Source: a bacterium (GTDB lineage: Bacteria; Patescibacteriota; Microgenomatia; Curtissbacterales; GWA2-41-24). From it: a DNA stretch of 64,000 nt. Within the stretch, counting starts at the first letter, position 1; every line of letters begins with the position of its first letter. This document shows, in pieces, positions 19,595-28,914 of this stretch. The notes beneath the pieces were generated by a model. That model had not been told where the DNA came from, did no database searches, and saw only the letters and a list, made by a program, of their open reading frames with translations. The DNA lies in contig JAKAJD010000003.1 of the NCBI GenBank assembly GCA_021813945.1, forward strand, positions 45,193 to 109,192. Reading direction: 5' to 3'. A program made the position numbers and the translations under genes.

Positions 19595-20878
19595 GTGAAA
19601 AAGGTTAATTTTCTCATCATTGGTGGCTCAGCTGCTGGGACAACGGCTGCTGATGCAATCCGGAATTTGCTACCTGAGGCCTCAATTGCGATTGTTACTG
19701 ACGAAGACCACGAACAATATTCCAGGGTGCTTCTTCCAAATTATATCCGTCACCAAATTACCCGAGAGCAGATGTTTCTTAAAAAACCGGAATGGTATAG
19801 CGAGCGCAAGATAGAGCTAATTCGAGGGGTTAAGGCAGTCGGATTAGCGTCTAAGAGTAAGAGAGTAAAAGTATCAGACGGAAATGAAATTGAATACGGC
19901 AAGCTTTTGATTTGTGTAGGGGGTTACGTTGTGCCGCTTAATGTCCCTGGAGCAGATGCCGAAGGGGTTTTTTACATGAGAACTGTAGAGGACGGGGATG
20001 AAATTATCGAAAAATCAAAAGACGCAAAAAAAGCAGTTATTATCGGGGGTGGTTTTGTAGGGTTGGAGTTTTCTTCATGCTTTAAGATGAACGGAATTGA
20101 AGAAGTTACAACTCTGGTAAGAGGGGATTATTATTGGTCGAAAAAGTTGGATGAGGAATCCAGCAAGGTAGTGGTTTCAACTCTTTCTAAAAATGGGGTT
20201 AGTGTTAAAACCGATGAGGATGCGGACCATATAGAGACAAAAGACGGAAAAGTTAAGGCAGTTGTCACAAAATCGGGGAACAGGTACGAAGCGGATGTTA
20301 TTGGTGTTGGGATTGGCATAAAGAGCGATTTTTCGTGGCTTGCGGATTCGGGAATTGAGATTAAAGCGGGTATCGACACAAACGAATATTTAGAGACAAA
20401 TTTGCCGGACGTTTACGCGGCTGGTGATTGCGCAGAATTTTACGACCCGGTTTTCGAGCGAAAACATTTGGTTGGAAACTGGACGAACGCGACAAGCCAA
20501 GGGTCAACAGTTGGCAAAACTATGGCCCATTCGGCAAGCTCAGGGCAAGCCGGTCAACGGACGAAATTCGAAACAGCATCTTCCTACTCAATTAACTTCT
20601 TTTCGCCGCCTGAAAACGGCACTTGTTCTTTTATTGGTGTTACCGATGAAGATTTTGCGGATAAGATTTTAGTGAGAGGTTCATTTAATGAAGGAAAAGT
20701 TACAAAGATACTTATTAAAAAATATAATGGAATATCAAGAATTGTTGGGGCGACAGTTGTAAATCACCCTCCGGATGTGGGTCCGATTACAATGGCTGTT
20801 AAAAACAGGGTAGATATTGCATCTAAACTTTTGGATTTAGAAAAGCCTGACTTTGACCTAAAGCTGCTTGTTGCCTGA
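19595..20878 (+). CDS. FAD-dependent NAD(P)H oxidoreductase (ferredoxin/rubredoxin reductase-like)
   Basis: IIGGSAAG, YSR..LP, IIGGGFVGLE, YAAGDCA. Confidence 0.9.
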   Translation: MKKVNFLIIGGSAAGTTAADAIRNLLPEASIAIVTDEDHEQYSRVLLPNYIRHQITREQMFLKKPEWYSERKIELIRGVKAVGLASKSKRVKVSDGNEIEYGKLLICVGGYVVPLNVPGADAEGVFYMRTVEDGDEIIEKSKDAKKAVIIGGGFVGLEFSSCFKMNGIEEVTTLVRGDYYWSKKLDEESSKVVVSTLSKNGVSVKTDEDADHIETKDGKVKAVVTKSGNRYEADVIGVGIGIKSDFSWLADSGIEIKAGIDTNEYLETNLPDVYAAGDCAEFYDPVFERKHLVGNWTNATSQGSTVGKTMAHSASSGQAGQRTKFETASSYSINFFSPPENGTCSFIGVTDEDFADKILVRGSFNEGKVTKILIKKYNGISRIVGATVVNHPPDVGPITMAVKNRVDIASKLLDLEKPDFDLKLLVA

Positions 20879-20903
20879 GGTTTGTGAGGTGTATATTTAA
20901 ATT

Positions 20904-21521
20904 GTGGACTACCTCGTATTTAGTAGTATTTCAACTTTGATTTGGCTCGGTTTTTGGGGTCTTATAGTTTATATCATTTGGGTTTTTGTGAGAAACAGTA
21001 TCCCGGCCCTTAAGGGTATTGGGCCAGAGGATCTTTCTCCACTATCTTTAATTTTGACGGTTTTTTTAGTTTTAGCAGTTCTGTTTCTTTTTGAGCAGGC
21101 CTGGAATGATTTAGGAAATTTGGCAGGGGGAGACAAGTACGTATACGATTCTACGGTTGAGCTGTCGCGGCTTCTTATCCGTACTGTTTTTGTAGGGCCA
21201 GCGACATTTATTGCGCTTCTTTTGTATTTTTCCCTAAAGGGTAAGGGAACGAGGTATGGGGTAATAACTTTACCTTACTTTATAACATCGCTGATTTTTC
21301 TAATAAGGCTACTTTTTGACGCAGGACGGTTTGTGCTTTCCGAATATAGAGTCATCGGAATCTATATAGTTTTGATATTTATTATTATTGTGATTTCGGG
21401 GCTGATCTTTTTTATCCAGAAGCAGTACGAAGAATATAAGAGACAAGAATCTAACATTCAAAAAGGATTGAATGAGGCTCAGAACAAAGATAAGCTTAAA
21501 CAGAGCCTTCCTCAAGTCTAA
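20904..21521 (+). CDS. Membrane protein of unknown function
   Basis: About five TM segments. Confidence 0.6.
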   Translation: MDYLVFSSISTLIWLGFWGLIVYIIWVFVRNSIPALKGIGPEDLSPLSLILTVFLVLAVLFLFEQAWNDLGNLAGGDKYVYDSTVELSRLLIRTVFVGPATFIALLLYFSLKGKGTRYGVITLPYFITSLIFLIRLLFDAGRFVLSEYRVIGIYIVLIFIIIVISGLIFFIQKQYEEYKRQESNIQKGLNEAQNKDKLKQSLPQV

Positions 21522-21576
21522 TTTGCAGTAAATCATCAATGGATGTAAGATTTTAGGTGATTCTTATCCCTTTCTC

Positions 21577-22071
21577 ATGAAAGTTTACATTGCTTCCGAT
21601 CATGCAGGCTTTTATCTAAAAAAACAGTTGATCCAATATTTAGATATTAAAGGATACGAAGTGGAAGACTGTGGTGCATATGAGCTTGACAAGACAGATG
21701 ATTTTCCGGATTTTGTGATTCCATGTGCCCAAAAAGTTGCAGCGGATAAGGACTCTCTAGGGATAGTAATTGGAGGATCTGGTCAGGCTGAGCAAATTGC
21801 GGCAAATAAGGTTAAAGGTATCCGTGCGGCATTGTTTTACGGCCCGGTAAGGCCTAAGGAAGCTGCCGATATTTCAGGAAGGCAAAGTTCTAATCCATAC
21901 GAGATAGCTCATCTTGCAAGGCTTCACAACAATGCCAATATTCTTTCACTAGGTGCCCGGTTTCAGAGTGCGGACGATGCAAAAGCAGCTGTAACACTTT
22001 TTCTGGAAACTGAGTATGAAGGTGGAAGGCATGACGCACGGCTTGCCAAAATCGCAAAGTTGGAAAAATGA
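21577..22071 (+). CDS. rpiB: Ribose-5-phosphate isomerase B (RpiB/LacAB family)
   Basis: IASDHAG, GGSG, ANKVKGIRAA, HNNANILSLGAR, GGRH..R. Confidence 0.93.
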   Translation: MKVYIASDHAGFYLKKQLIQYLDIKGYEVEDCGAYELDKTDDFPDFVIPCAQKVAADKDSLGIVIGGSGQAEQIAANKVKGIRAALFYGPVRPKEAADISGRQSSNPYEIAHLARLHNNANILSLGARFQSADDAKAAVTLFLETEYEGGRHDARLAKIAKLEK

Positions 22072-22439
22072 ATTTCAAATCATTAAATTTTTATCTGAAG
22101 GCCAACTTAGTATTTATTTTTGTTTTTTTAAATCTTTGGGATTTTGCGATAAACAGGATAATTTTTAACGGAATGATAACCGGTATTTTTATGTTCGGTT
22201 TGATTACCTTTTTGTGGCTTTTTACCTCAATACGAGCTGCGAGTTTAATAACCCTTATTTCAATTTTGGAATTCGGAGTGATGCTGGTGTTTGTCGGAGA
22301 AGGTTTGGTGTTAGGCGGTACTACTTTCAGTTTAAAATCAGCATTCTTTTTGCCTTTTCTTGTCTGGTCGGGTGTAAATACTTATTGGGGTCTTAAGAAA
22401 TATTACCTATTTAAGGAAAAGAAAGACCCAAAATTTTAA
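22068..22439 (+). CDS. Small membrane protein
   Basis: Four hydrophobic segments; overlaps the rpiB stop. Confidence 0.55.
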   Translation: MNFKSLNFYLKANLVFIFVFLNLWDFAINRIIFNGMITGIFMFGLITFLWLFTSIRAASLITLISILEFGVMLVFVGEGLVLGGTTFSLKSAFFLPFLVWSGVNTYWGLKKYYLFKEKKDPKF

Positions 22440-23335
22440 GCTGCATCTGCGTATTCCAGGCCAAATGGCATTGGGAGTTTAGCCTTTTTTACTTCCATCT
22501 GAATAGCGTTTTTGAGTAATTTAAAAATAACGTCATGTTGCGCAGTTTGACGTGTTGGCGTGTTGTTAAGACTTTGAATGTCCTCCCAAAAGCGGGTGAA
22601 GGTTTGAGAGTTAAACGATCCTTCCGTACCGTAGACTTCGGCCAGGAGTTTTCTGGAGTGGGGATCCAGGTATAGTCCCAAAATGCCCCTTTCGAGTTTT
22701 TCGTGGTTGAGGGCGGCTTGGCGAAGATATGAAACCATGCGAACAAATCTGCCGTCATCTTCATGCAAAATAGCTTGAATTAAGCGAGCAGATTCCTGCA
22801 TTAACCTGATTTCGATTTGTTTTTTTGGATCTTGCCAGTAGTTGTTAATCTCTTCTACCGCATCGGCGCTTAGATGGGTTACCAACCCAGTGTTGACATC
22901 TTCCGATTGGGGTAGAGGAGGGCCGCCCGCGACTTTCTGATGGATCATTCTTAAAACACCATCGATGTCGCTTTCCCACAGTTGGGGAAGCCTTTCCAGC
23001 CGAACAACCATGCTTGGTCTTGCGCCCATTTCTTCAAGTTCTCTAGACCCTTCACTGAACTTCATTATGCGGTTTGCGTCATGGCTTGCGTTCATTTCAG
23101 CAGCAAGTTCGTCGACTTGCTCTTGTGAAAGACTGGAAGTCCTTAGGGCTTGGAAATCAGCTGGAGGATCAGTTATCACGGAACAAGCTACATACAAACG
23201 GATAACCCGCATTTTTTGAGGGAAATATTGGTTACCCTCGAGGTGCGCCCTGAAGTATGAATCTTTAACTATGAAAGGATTTTCCGGAATATAAGGAGGA
23301 AAGCTAAGAGAACTTTCATTCATGGGAACGTTCAT
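22436..23335 (-). CDS. Hypothetical protein
   Basis: 299-aa ORF; no recognised motif. Confidence 0.6.
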   Translation of the reverse strand: MNVPMNESSLSFPPYIPENPFIVKDSYFRAHLEGNQYFPQKMRVIRLYVACSVITDPPADFQALRTSSLSQEQVDELAAEMNASHDANRIMKFSEGSRELEEMGARPSMVVRLERLPQLWESDIDGVLRMIHQKVAGGPPLPQSEDVNTGLVTHLSADAVEEINNYWQDPKKQIEIRLMQESARLIQAILHEDDGRFVRMVSYLRQAALNHEKLERGILGLYLDPHSRKLLAEVYGTEGSFNSQTFTRFWEDIQSLNNTPTRQTAQHDVIFKLLKNAIQMEVKKAKLPMPFGLEYADAA

Positions 23336-23400
23336 TCTACCACACTTATCGAAGTCTGTTTTTTGACTTTTGTTTGTAAGGCTAATCTATTTGTAGTATT

Positions 23401-24624
23401 ATGACACTTCGATTTGGAAATATGAAAATAGTTTTAGTTGATAAACATGACAATATAGGCAATGAATTATTTCTACAGAATTTATACAAATCTACACTGC
23501 ACTTTTTAAATCCGCGTACCGTCGAGGAAACATACCATATTATTGGGAATGAGGCGATTAGGCTTTTTGAATGCCAATACGCTTCGATTTTTGTCAAGGA
23601 CGGTAGAAAGTTAGAACGGGTTTGGGATAGTTCCGAGAAGATGTTTAGAGTAAGCGAGGACAAACGTCGCTTTGCAGCGAAATCTTTGAAGGCGGGGGAG
23701 CCTGCAGTCATTAGTGCTTCGAAACTTATTGCTCTTCATCCAAATATATTAGATTGGGGGATAAAATCGGTGATTTTTGTACCACTTTACTACCGGGGAT
23801 CAAGAATGGGCTATATAGCACTGGATTCTCTGTCGGAAGTTAAAAAACTTAGTAAAAATCAGCGCAGCAGTTTAAAGATTTTCGGGTCTTTTGCGATGAT
23901 GGCTATAAGAAAAGCCCAGCTTCACAACCAACTGGAAGATTCCTTAAATACCCGTGATCTTTTTATCTCTATGGCTTCCCATGAGCTAAAATCCCCTTTG
24001 ACGACAATTAATTCATATTCGCAGCTTATTGAACGTACCGTTGCTTTGGGTAAAAAACCCGAGTACCGATGGTCTAAAGTCCTAAGGGATGAAACAGTAA
24101 GGCTTGTTCACATGTTCGACGAACTTTTGCAACTGGATTCAATAAAAGCGGGTAAACTGCAATATACTTGGAGGATTTTTGACCTGGATGAGGTTATTAA
24201 GAGGGCGATTACTAATTTTAAGGTGGGGTTTCCACAAAGGCTTTTAATTTATGAGAATAAGCTGAAAAAGCATTCCGGAGAGGTGATGGGTGATTTCGAT
24301 AAGCTTCTACAGGCATTTTTGAATGTTTTTAACAATGCAGCAAAATTTTCGGAGAGGGAAATAAAGGTGCGTCTTTATTCAACAAAGCCTTATTATGTTA
24401 TAACAGTAGAAGATTTTGGAGTTGGAATCCCTAATTCGGACTCAAAGCACATTTTCCGAGGCTTTTATAAAGGCAAAAATTCACATAGACAGGGAATTGG
24501 GCTGGGTCTATTTTTAACTAAATCTATTGTAGAAATGCACAGAGGTAAGTTAGAAGCGGTTTCTGATTCAATCAGCACAAAGGTAAATTTTTACTTGCCA
24601 AAAATGCATTCGAAGAAAGTTTAG
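23401..24624 (+). CDS. GAF-domain sensor histidine kinase (soluble)
   Basis: GAF-like VPL...G.I segment, H-box ASHELKSPLT, N-box NAAKF, G boxes DFGVGI and GIGLGL. Confidence 0.92.
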   Translation: MTLRFGNMKIVLVDKHDNIGNELFLQNLYKSTLHFLNPRTVEETYHIIGNEAIRLFECQYASIFVKDGRKLERVWDSSEKMFRVSEDKRRFAAKSLKAGEPAVISASKLIALHPNILDWGIKSVIFVPLYYRGSRMGYIALDSLSEVKKLSKNQRSSLKIFGSFAMMAIRKAQLHNQLEDSLNTRDLFISMASHELKSPLTTINSYSQLIERTVALGKKPEYRWSKVLRDETVRLVHMFDELLQLDSIKAGKLQYTWRIFDLDEVIKRAITNFKVGFPQRLLIYENKLKKHSGEVMGDFDKLLQAFLNVFNNAAKFSEREIKVRLYSTKPYYVITVEDFGVGIPNSDSKHIFRGFYKGKNSHRQGIGLGLFLTKSIVEMHRGKLEAVSDSISTKVNFYLPKMHSKKV

Positions 24625-24779
24625 ATTTTTTGGACACTATGGATAAAGTATTTTTCAAGTAAGTTTTCTTCGTATTTTCGAACGTGTGTATTTGGCTTAT
24701 ATGGGTGGAAAAACTTATTGTCTCCTATTGTTATGAGTTTCCTGTAGGCTACTGATTTGGATTTACTTTTATTTTTCAT
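24621..24779 (-). CDS. Possible small basic protein (52 aa)
   Basis: Manual translation MKNKSKSKSVAYRKLITIGDNKFFHPY...; below the ORF-track cutoff. Confidence 0.3.
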   Translation of the reverse strand: MKNKSKSKSVAYRKLITIGDNKFFHPYKPNTHVRKYEENLLEKYFIHSVQKI

Positions 24780-24826
24780 TTAGAATATTGGGCAAAATTT
24801 CCGCGTGCACGCGAATTATCGTTTAG

Positions 24827-24922
24827 TTAGTAAGACATTTGTCCTTGGTCTTCCTGTTTGGATTTTGATCCGTCATCTTGAGACCCAGACCTTTTCTTAC
24901 TTCTGCCTCTTCTGCTTGCCAT
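24827..24922 (-). CDS. Small hydrophilic protein (31 aa)
   Basis: Strong SD GGAAAGGAGGT then MASRRGRSKKRSGSQDDGSKSKQEDQGQMSY*. Confidence 0.5.
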   Translation of the reverse strand: MASRRGRSKKRSGSQDDGSKSKQEDQGQMSY

Positions 24923-24936
24923 TTTACCTCCTTTCC

Positions 24937-25188
24937 TTAGGTTCTCCTTAAGTATCTTCCTAAAAATAGTAATAAGATCGACCCCCCGATTGCGATAACC
25001 AGCGAGGGCAAATTAAAGCCGCTTACATTTTGACCAAAAAACATGCTTGCTATTAGCCCACCTACAACAGCGCCTGCTACACCTAGAAGTATGGCACCTA
25101 ATATGCCGCCTCTTGATGAATCAGGAAAAATTATGTTTGCTGCTGCTCCGACTATGAGGCCAAATATGGTCCAAGTAATGATGTTCAT
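24937..25188 (-). CDS. GlsB/YeaQ/YmgE (transglycosylase-associated) stress membrane protein
   Basis: WTIFGLIVGA.A, ILLGVAGAVVGG, AIGGSILLL. Confidence 0.9.
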   Translation of the reverse strand: MNIITWTIFGLIVGAAANIIFPDSSRGGILGAILLGVAGAVVGGLIASMFFGQNVSGFNLPSLVIAIGGSILLLFLGRYLRRT

Positions 25189-25267
25189 GTTTCAGTGGGA
25201 ATGTTAAACCCTGGGTGTCAAAATAAAACGTTATTGACGTAAGAAAAAAGTAAGAACGTTTTTAGCT

Positions 25268-25295
25268 TTGACAACCTTTTCATTGCTGTTATATT
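25268..25295 (+). promoter_or_regulatory. Sigma70-type promoter for the response regulator leader
   Basis: TTGACA-N16-TATATT with extended TG. Confidence 0.55.
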
Positions 25296-25450
25296 CGCTC
25301 GCTGAATACTTCGGCAAATTGGGAATGAAGCGAGAGAATACATACTTACGAGGTGACTTGTATAAAACTCGCTCATGTAAACTTCCTCGAAGATAAATCA
25401 GCCTGAGGTAGCCTTTTAGTTCTCGGAAGTTTATAATCTCCTTTACTGAA

Positions 25451-26119
25451 ATGAATGCAAGTATAGTTGTTGTTGAAGATGATGAGAACCAGCGTGAAGT
25501 TTTAGTAAAGCTTCTTATTGATGACGGTTTTTCTGTGAATTCCGTCGGAACAGGTGCGGAGGCCATTAAGCTTTTGGAAAAGTTCAGGCCGGATATTATG
25601 CTTTTGGATTTGGGTTTGCCGGATATTTCAGGTGAAACTGTGCTTTCCACATCTAGAAAAATGTACCCGGAGCTGCCAGTCATTATACTAACTGCTAAAG
25701 GAACATCCGCAGATGTTGTCAGCGGCTTTAATTTGGGAGCTGACGATTACGTCTCAAAGCCTTACAACATTGACGAAATATTAGCCCGAATTAAGGCTCG
25801 TCTTAATCGCTTAAAAACTTCTGATAAGCTGGTTGTTTCTGATTTAGAAATAGATGAGCGAACTTTTGAGGTTAGAAGAGCCGGAAAGAAAATTACACTA
25901 ACTCCTAAAGAGTTCAAACTATTGGAATATTTAATGGTTAACAAGGGTCAGGTTTTATCAAGAGACATGATTTTGTCTCGCGTTTGGATGTACTCTCCAG
26001 ATATGGAAACAAGGGCGGTTGATGTTTATATTGGTTATTTAAGAAGAAAGATTGATAAAGGGTTCAAAAAGGAGTTAATTCACTCGGTGCGTGGTTATGG
26101 TTATATGCTGAGGGGTTAA
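25451..26119 (+). CDS. OmpR/PhoB-family response regulator
   Basis: VVEDD, LLDLGLPD, LTA, GADDYVSKP, LTPKEF, VRGYGY. Confidence 0.95.
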   Translation: MNASIVVVEDDENQREVLVKLLIDDGFSVNSVGTGAEAIKLLEKFRPDIMLLDLGLPDISGETVLSTSRKMYPELPVIILTAKGTSADVVSGFNLGADDYVSKPYNIDEILARIKARLNRLKTSDKLVVSDLEIDERTFEVRRAGKKITLTPKEFKLLEYLMVNKGQVLSRDMILSRVWMYSPDMETRAVDVYIGYLRRKIDKGFKKELIHSVRGYGYMLRG

Positions 26120-26292
26120 GGGGCTCTCGGAACCTTTACACCTTTCTCGCGGGCCTCTGAAAGTCCAATTGCGACTGCTTGTTTTTTGCTTTTAACTTTT
26201 ATTCCGCTTTTTCCGCTTTTAAGTTGTCCGCGTTTATATTTATGCATCGCTTTGGCGACTGCGTTTTGAGCTTTTTTACCGTATTTTGCCAT
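26116..26292 (-). CDS. DUF6496-like small basic protein
   Basis: MAKYGKKAQ..V..AMH..K.G.LKSG...V.S.KQA.AIGLSEAR..G.KVP. Confidence 0.75.
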   Translation of the reverse strand: MAKYGKKAQNAVAKAMHKYKRGQLKSGKSGIKVKSKKQAVAIGLSEAREKGVKVPRAP

Positions 26293-26296
26293 ATTA

Positions 26297-26662
26297 TTAA
26301 TGTGTGTGTGTATGTATTTCTCTGCGATGTCCGTGGTAAAGGCGGTCATCTTCGGGTTCCACTTGAGGTTCCGTCGTTAGAACATGGATTAGATACATTA
26401 CAATAAGCCCTAGAACTAGATATGCTAGAGTCGAAAATATTGCTGGTATGTCCAATATGCCGGTTGATGTAGATTGTGGTCTGAAAATGCCGATGAAAGG
26501 TTTCATCAGAAACCCACTTATTGTATAGGTCCAAGAAACAAACGGAGTAAGCGGGTTTGCGGAAAAAAGTCTAAATAAAATTCTGGCGACTAAGAAAAAT
26601 ACGATTATAAGAAGAACCGTATTTGTTATATTTAAAAGTGTATTTCTTATTTCAGTTCGCAT
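26297..26662 (-). CDS. YggT-family membrane protein
   Basis: RILFRLFSANP..PFV.W.Y......PF.GIF pattern. Confidence 0.75.
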   Translation of the reverse strand: MRTEIRNTLLNITNTVLLIIVFFLVARILFRLFSANPLTPFVSWTYTISGFLMKPFIGIFRPQSTSTGILDIPAIFSTLAYLVLGLIVMYLIHVLTTEPQVEPEDDRLYHGHRREIHTHTH

Positions 26663-26824
26663 AAATGGCTCCTTAGATAACATCTGATGTCATCAGTTTA
26701 AAAATCTGATAAGGCAAACTTTTTTTTACTATATTGATAAGGGAAAAAGGTTTCATACTAACAGGGCAGATTTTAGATTTTTGGCTTAAAAATAAAATGC
26801 AAATTATGTAATAATTTAGTAAGG

Positions 26825-27688
26825 ATGACTGCTCGTGACTGGTTTGAAAAAGCCCAGAAGGAAAATTTCGCAATTGGGGCTTTTAACGTTGATAATTTAG
26901 AAATTTTTAAAGGAATAATAACTGCTGCAAAGAACAAGAATTCACCGGTCATGGTCGAATTTTCTCCGGGTGAAGCTGGTTATTTCGGATTAAAAAACCT
27001 TGTTGATATGGTTGTTAATGCCCGTGAGGAATATAAAATTCCGATACTTCTCAACCTTGACCATAGCAAAACGGTCCAGGATTGCCGGGCCGCAATTGCT
27101 CAGCCTGGATTTGACGATGTTCATTTTGATGGGTCTCATCTTGATGTGGAAGAGAACATAAAGGGTGCTAAGGAAGTGGTTGCTCTAGCTCATGCAAAGG
27201 GAATTATTGTTGAAGGAGAACTTGATAAACTTGGAGGCTCTAGTGAGGTTCACGATGAAGAGATCGACGAAGCCGTCTTAAGACAAAGTTATAGTGATCC
27301 CAAGCGTGCCTTGAGATTTGTCTCAGAGAGTGGGATAGATATTTTTGCCGCGGTTTTTGGAAATATTCATGGTACTTTTCCGACACAGCCGGATTTAGAT
27401 ATTGCTCTTTTAACACAAATTAAAGGAGCCTTGCCGGATACTTTTTTGTCGCTACACGGTGGGTCGGGTATTCCGGCGGTACAGGTGCAGTCGGCGATTA
27501 AAGCCGGTATTGTAAAAGTTAACATTAACACAGAACTTAGAATTGCTTATCGCGATGCTCTTGTCGAAAAGCTCGGTGAAAATCCTAAAGAATACAAGAT
27601 TTACAGCTTTTCAGAAGAGATCGCTATGGCGGTTTCGGCAGTTGTGGAAAATAAAATAGAAGTCTTTGGTTCTTCGGGTAAAGCTTAG
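26825..27688 (+). CDS. fba: Class II fructose-bisphosphate aldolase
   Basis: AIGAFN, LDH, DGS, VEGEL, GNIHG, LHGGSG, KVNINTE. Confidence 0.93.
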   Translation: MTARDWFEKAQKENFAIGAFNVDNLEIFKGIITAAKNKNSPVMVEFSPGEAGYFGLKNLVDMVVNAREEYKIPILLNLDHSKTVQDCRAAIAQPGFDDVHFDGSHLDVEENIKGAKEVVALAHAKGIIVEGELDKLGGSSEVHDEEIDEAVLRQSYSDPKRALRFVSESGIDIFAAVFGNIHGTFPTQPDLDIALLTQIKGALPDTFLSLHGGSGIPAVQVQSAIKAGIVKVNINTELRIAYRDALVEKLGENPKEYKIYSFSEEIAMAVSAVVENKIEVFGSSGKA

Positions 27689-27735
27689 CTTCATAACTTG
27701 ACGATATAATTTTGTTTCTGTTAAAGTGATTTTTC

Positions 27736-28158
27736 ATGCGAGAGGGGGTGAATCATCTGAAAATCCAAAAATTTATAATACTTTCGGCAATTGGCGCAAG
27801 CGCATTGGTGCTTGCTGCTTGCACCAAAACATCTGCTCCAAGTAGCGCTTCAAACCAGGCACCGGCAGTAAGTTCAAGCACGCCACAAGTCGGGAACCAA
27901 ATAACATACACTGATTCGGGTTTTTCTCCAAACCCAATTAATGTTAAGGTTGGTGAGGCAGTGACATTTAAGAATGCTTCAAACAATGTCGTCCAGGTTA
28001 ATTCTGCTCCTCATCCAGCACATAATTTGTTTCCAATGTTGAATATTGGGGCAATCAACCCTGGGGAAAGCAAAAGCGTCACATTTACGGCAGCAGGAAC
28101 TTATAAATACCATAATCATCTTAACGCTTCCCAAAACGGGCAAATTATTGTCCAGTAG
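27736..28158 (+). CDS. Cupredoxin-domain lipoprotein
   Basis: Lipobox LAAC, GFSP....VKVG..VTF.N, HPAH, YKYHNH. Confidence 0.8.
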   Translation: MREGVNHLKIQKFIILSAIGASALVLAACTKTSAPSSASNQAPAVSSSTPQVGNQITYTDSGFSPNPINVKVGEAVTFKNASNNVVQVNSAPHPAHNLFPMLNIGAINPGESKSVTFTAAGTYKYHNHLNASQNGQIIVQ

Positions 28159-28207
28159 CGGTTTGATGTAATTGACAATTGCAAGTTAAAGGTGTTCTAA
28201 TTTTTGC

Positions 28208-28912
28208 ATGGCTCAAAACCAAATAATACGAGACTGGTTTATGCCCTGGCGATCGTATGTAGCGGAATTTATAGGCACATTCTTTTTTGTTCTGATTGCC
28301 AACTGGATTGTACTTTCGGCAGCCTTATACGGAAATGTAAATTCCATTGAGATATCACTGGCGGTCGGTTTTTCATATTTAGCTTTACTTTTTGCAACTG
28401 TGCATATTGCAGGAGGATTTCTGAATCCGGCAATAACTCTATCTTTATGGCTTGCTAAAAAAATTTCTGGGAGCCGTGCCTGTTTTTTTCTTGTCGCTCA
28501 GATTTTGGCTAGCTTTTTGGCGGCTGAAGTCCTTTTTGTCTTATTTGGGCAAAATGCGGTACAGTTTCATTTTGGGCAACCATCGTTTGGTTTAGGAGTC
28601 TCTTCTCAGACTGCTTTTATCGCTGAGGCGGTACTTAGTGCTGGATTAGTTTTTTTGGTTTTTGGAACAATGGTGGACAGAAATGGCCCGGTAAGTTTCG
28701 GGCCACTGGTGATGGGACTTTACATTGTTGCCGTGAGTATTGTGGCTGCGCCAATAAGCGGAGCTGTTTTAAATCCAGCACGTGTTATTGGGCCATCACT
28801 TCTTTCTCATGAAAGTGCGAATCTTGTGATTTTTGTAGTTGCCAGTTTGGTTGGTTCACTATTTGGTCCAGTATACGAGTTTGTGTTTCTCCAAAAAAGT
28901 AAAAAGAAATAG
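28208..28912 (+). CDS. Aquaporin (MIP family)
   Basis: AEFIGTF, two NPA boxes (LNPAIT, LNPAR). Confidence 0.93.
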   Translation: MAQNQIIRDWFMPWRSYVAEFIGTFFFVLIANWIVLSAALYGNVNSIEISLAVGFSYLALLFATVHIAGGFLNPAITLSLWLAKKISGSRACFFLVAQILASFLAAEVLFVLFGQNAVQFHFGQPSFGLGVSSQTAFIAEAVLSAGLVFLVFGTMVDRNGPVSFGPLVMGLYIVAVSIVAAPISGAVLNPARVIGPSLLSHESANLVIFVVASLVGSLFGPVYEFVFLQKSKKK

Positions 28913-28914
28913 AG

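Noticed and set aside
21838-21905. Fourth copy of the AAGGCC palindromic element in rpiB
   Set aside because: AAGGCCT is present but has no 13-bp partner arm at the expected distance.
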